From IMG/VR virus record IMGVR_UViG_3300028805_003982: 64,000 nt of DNA; one strand, 5' to 3'. The notes under the pieces are model-generated. The model saw nothing but the letters and a program-made list of their open reading frames with translations, had not been told where the DNA came from and did not search any database. The number at the start of each line of letters is the position of its first letter. The stretch's first letter is position 1. This document shows positions 63,923-64,000 of the stretch, one piece after another. Position numbers and translations under genes: made by a program. Source of the stretch: a virus (lineage: Duplodnaviria > Caudoviricetes).

Positions 63923-64000
63923 ATGGATGCAGGAACTAATCAGATAAGCATTTTCGATTTGATGCCTTCGCAGGAACTGACACCTTCTGTAAAGGCCGTT
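63923..64000 (+). CDS. N-terminal fragment of a gene running off the window; QISIF clamp-binding-like motif
   Basis: AAGGAG RBS; MDAGTNQISIFDLM. Confidence 0.6.
   Translation, partial: MDAGTNQISIFDLMPSQELTPSVKAV

Noticed and set aside
1-64000. tRNA/rRNA genes, integrase, IS transposases, phage structural genes, T4SS genes
   Set aside because: None were recognisable by eye. A tRNAscan and HMM search would be needed to exclude divergent ones.

Overview
This 64-kb window is part of a large mobile element from a Clostridia-type host. It is most likely a conjugative megaplasmid or ICE-like element; a large phage or phage-plasmid cannot be excluded. No virion genes and no T4SS genes lie inside the window. 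About 87 credible genes are all on the + strand. In order, the window holds: the 3' end of a class C group II intron; a DUF3990/DUF3791-like pair; a phage-type replication module (Cas4-like DUF2800 nuclease, family A DNA polymerase, VapE-type helicase, VRR-NUC); long operons of small, mostly unknown proteins (including DUF6273, DUF4314, DUF3846 and DUF5688 families); a type IC restriction-modification locus with two embedded accessory genes; host-like cargo (prepilin-type protein, a stand-alone SecY, an OFA-family MFS transporter, a GGDEF-EAL protein); an RlaP-like nucleotidyltransferase beside a CCA-adding enzyme; a guanylate kinase; two tandem sigma-70 factors; SSB; a structured non-coding RNA candidate; and a PcfJ-like gene. 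The main unexplained signal has three layers. (1) By manual count, 39 of about 87 proteins end in a terminal Leu, 35 of them as [G/S/D/N/E]-L-stop. The runs reach 16 of 18 and 9 of 11 consecutive genes, use all six Leu codons, and the tail is even grafted onto housekeeping-enzyme homologues. (2) The operons carrying these tails are headed by a shared non-canonical promoter, GTTCTA(AA)-like -35 / 17 bp / G-N-NATANT -10. (3) Most of these promoters sit inside long hairpins that would mask the ribosome-binding site or terminate read-through transcripts. Together this looks like a dedicated, tightly gated regulon of C-terminally tagged proteins. The most plausible reading is a large set of proteins delivered to a new host cell during transfer; this is inference. 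Family assignments come from motif recognition only, and no database search was run.
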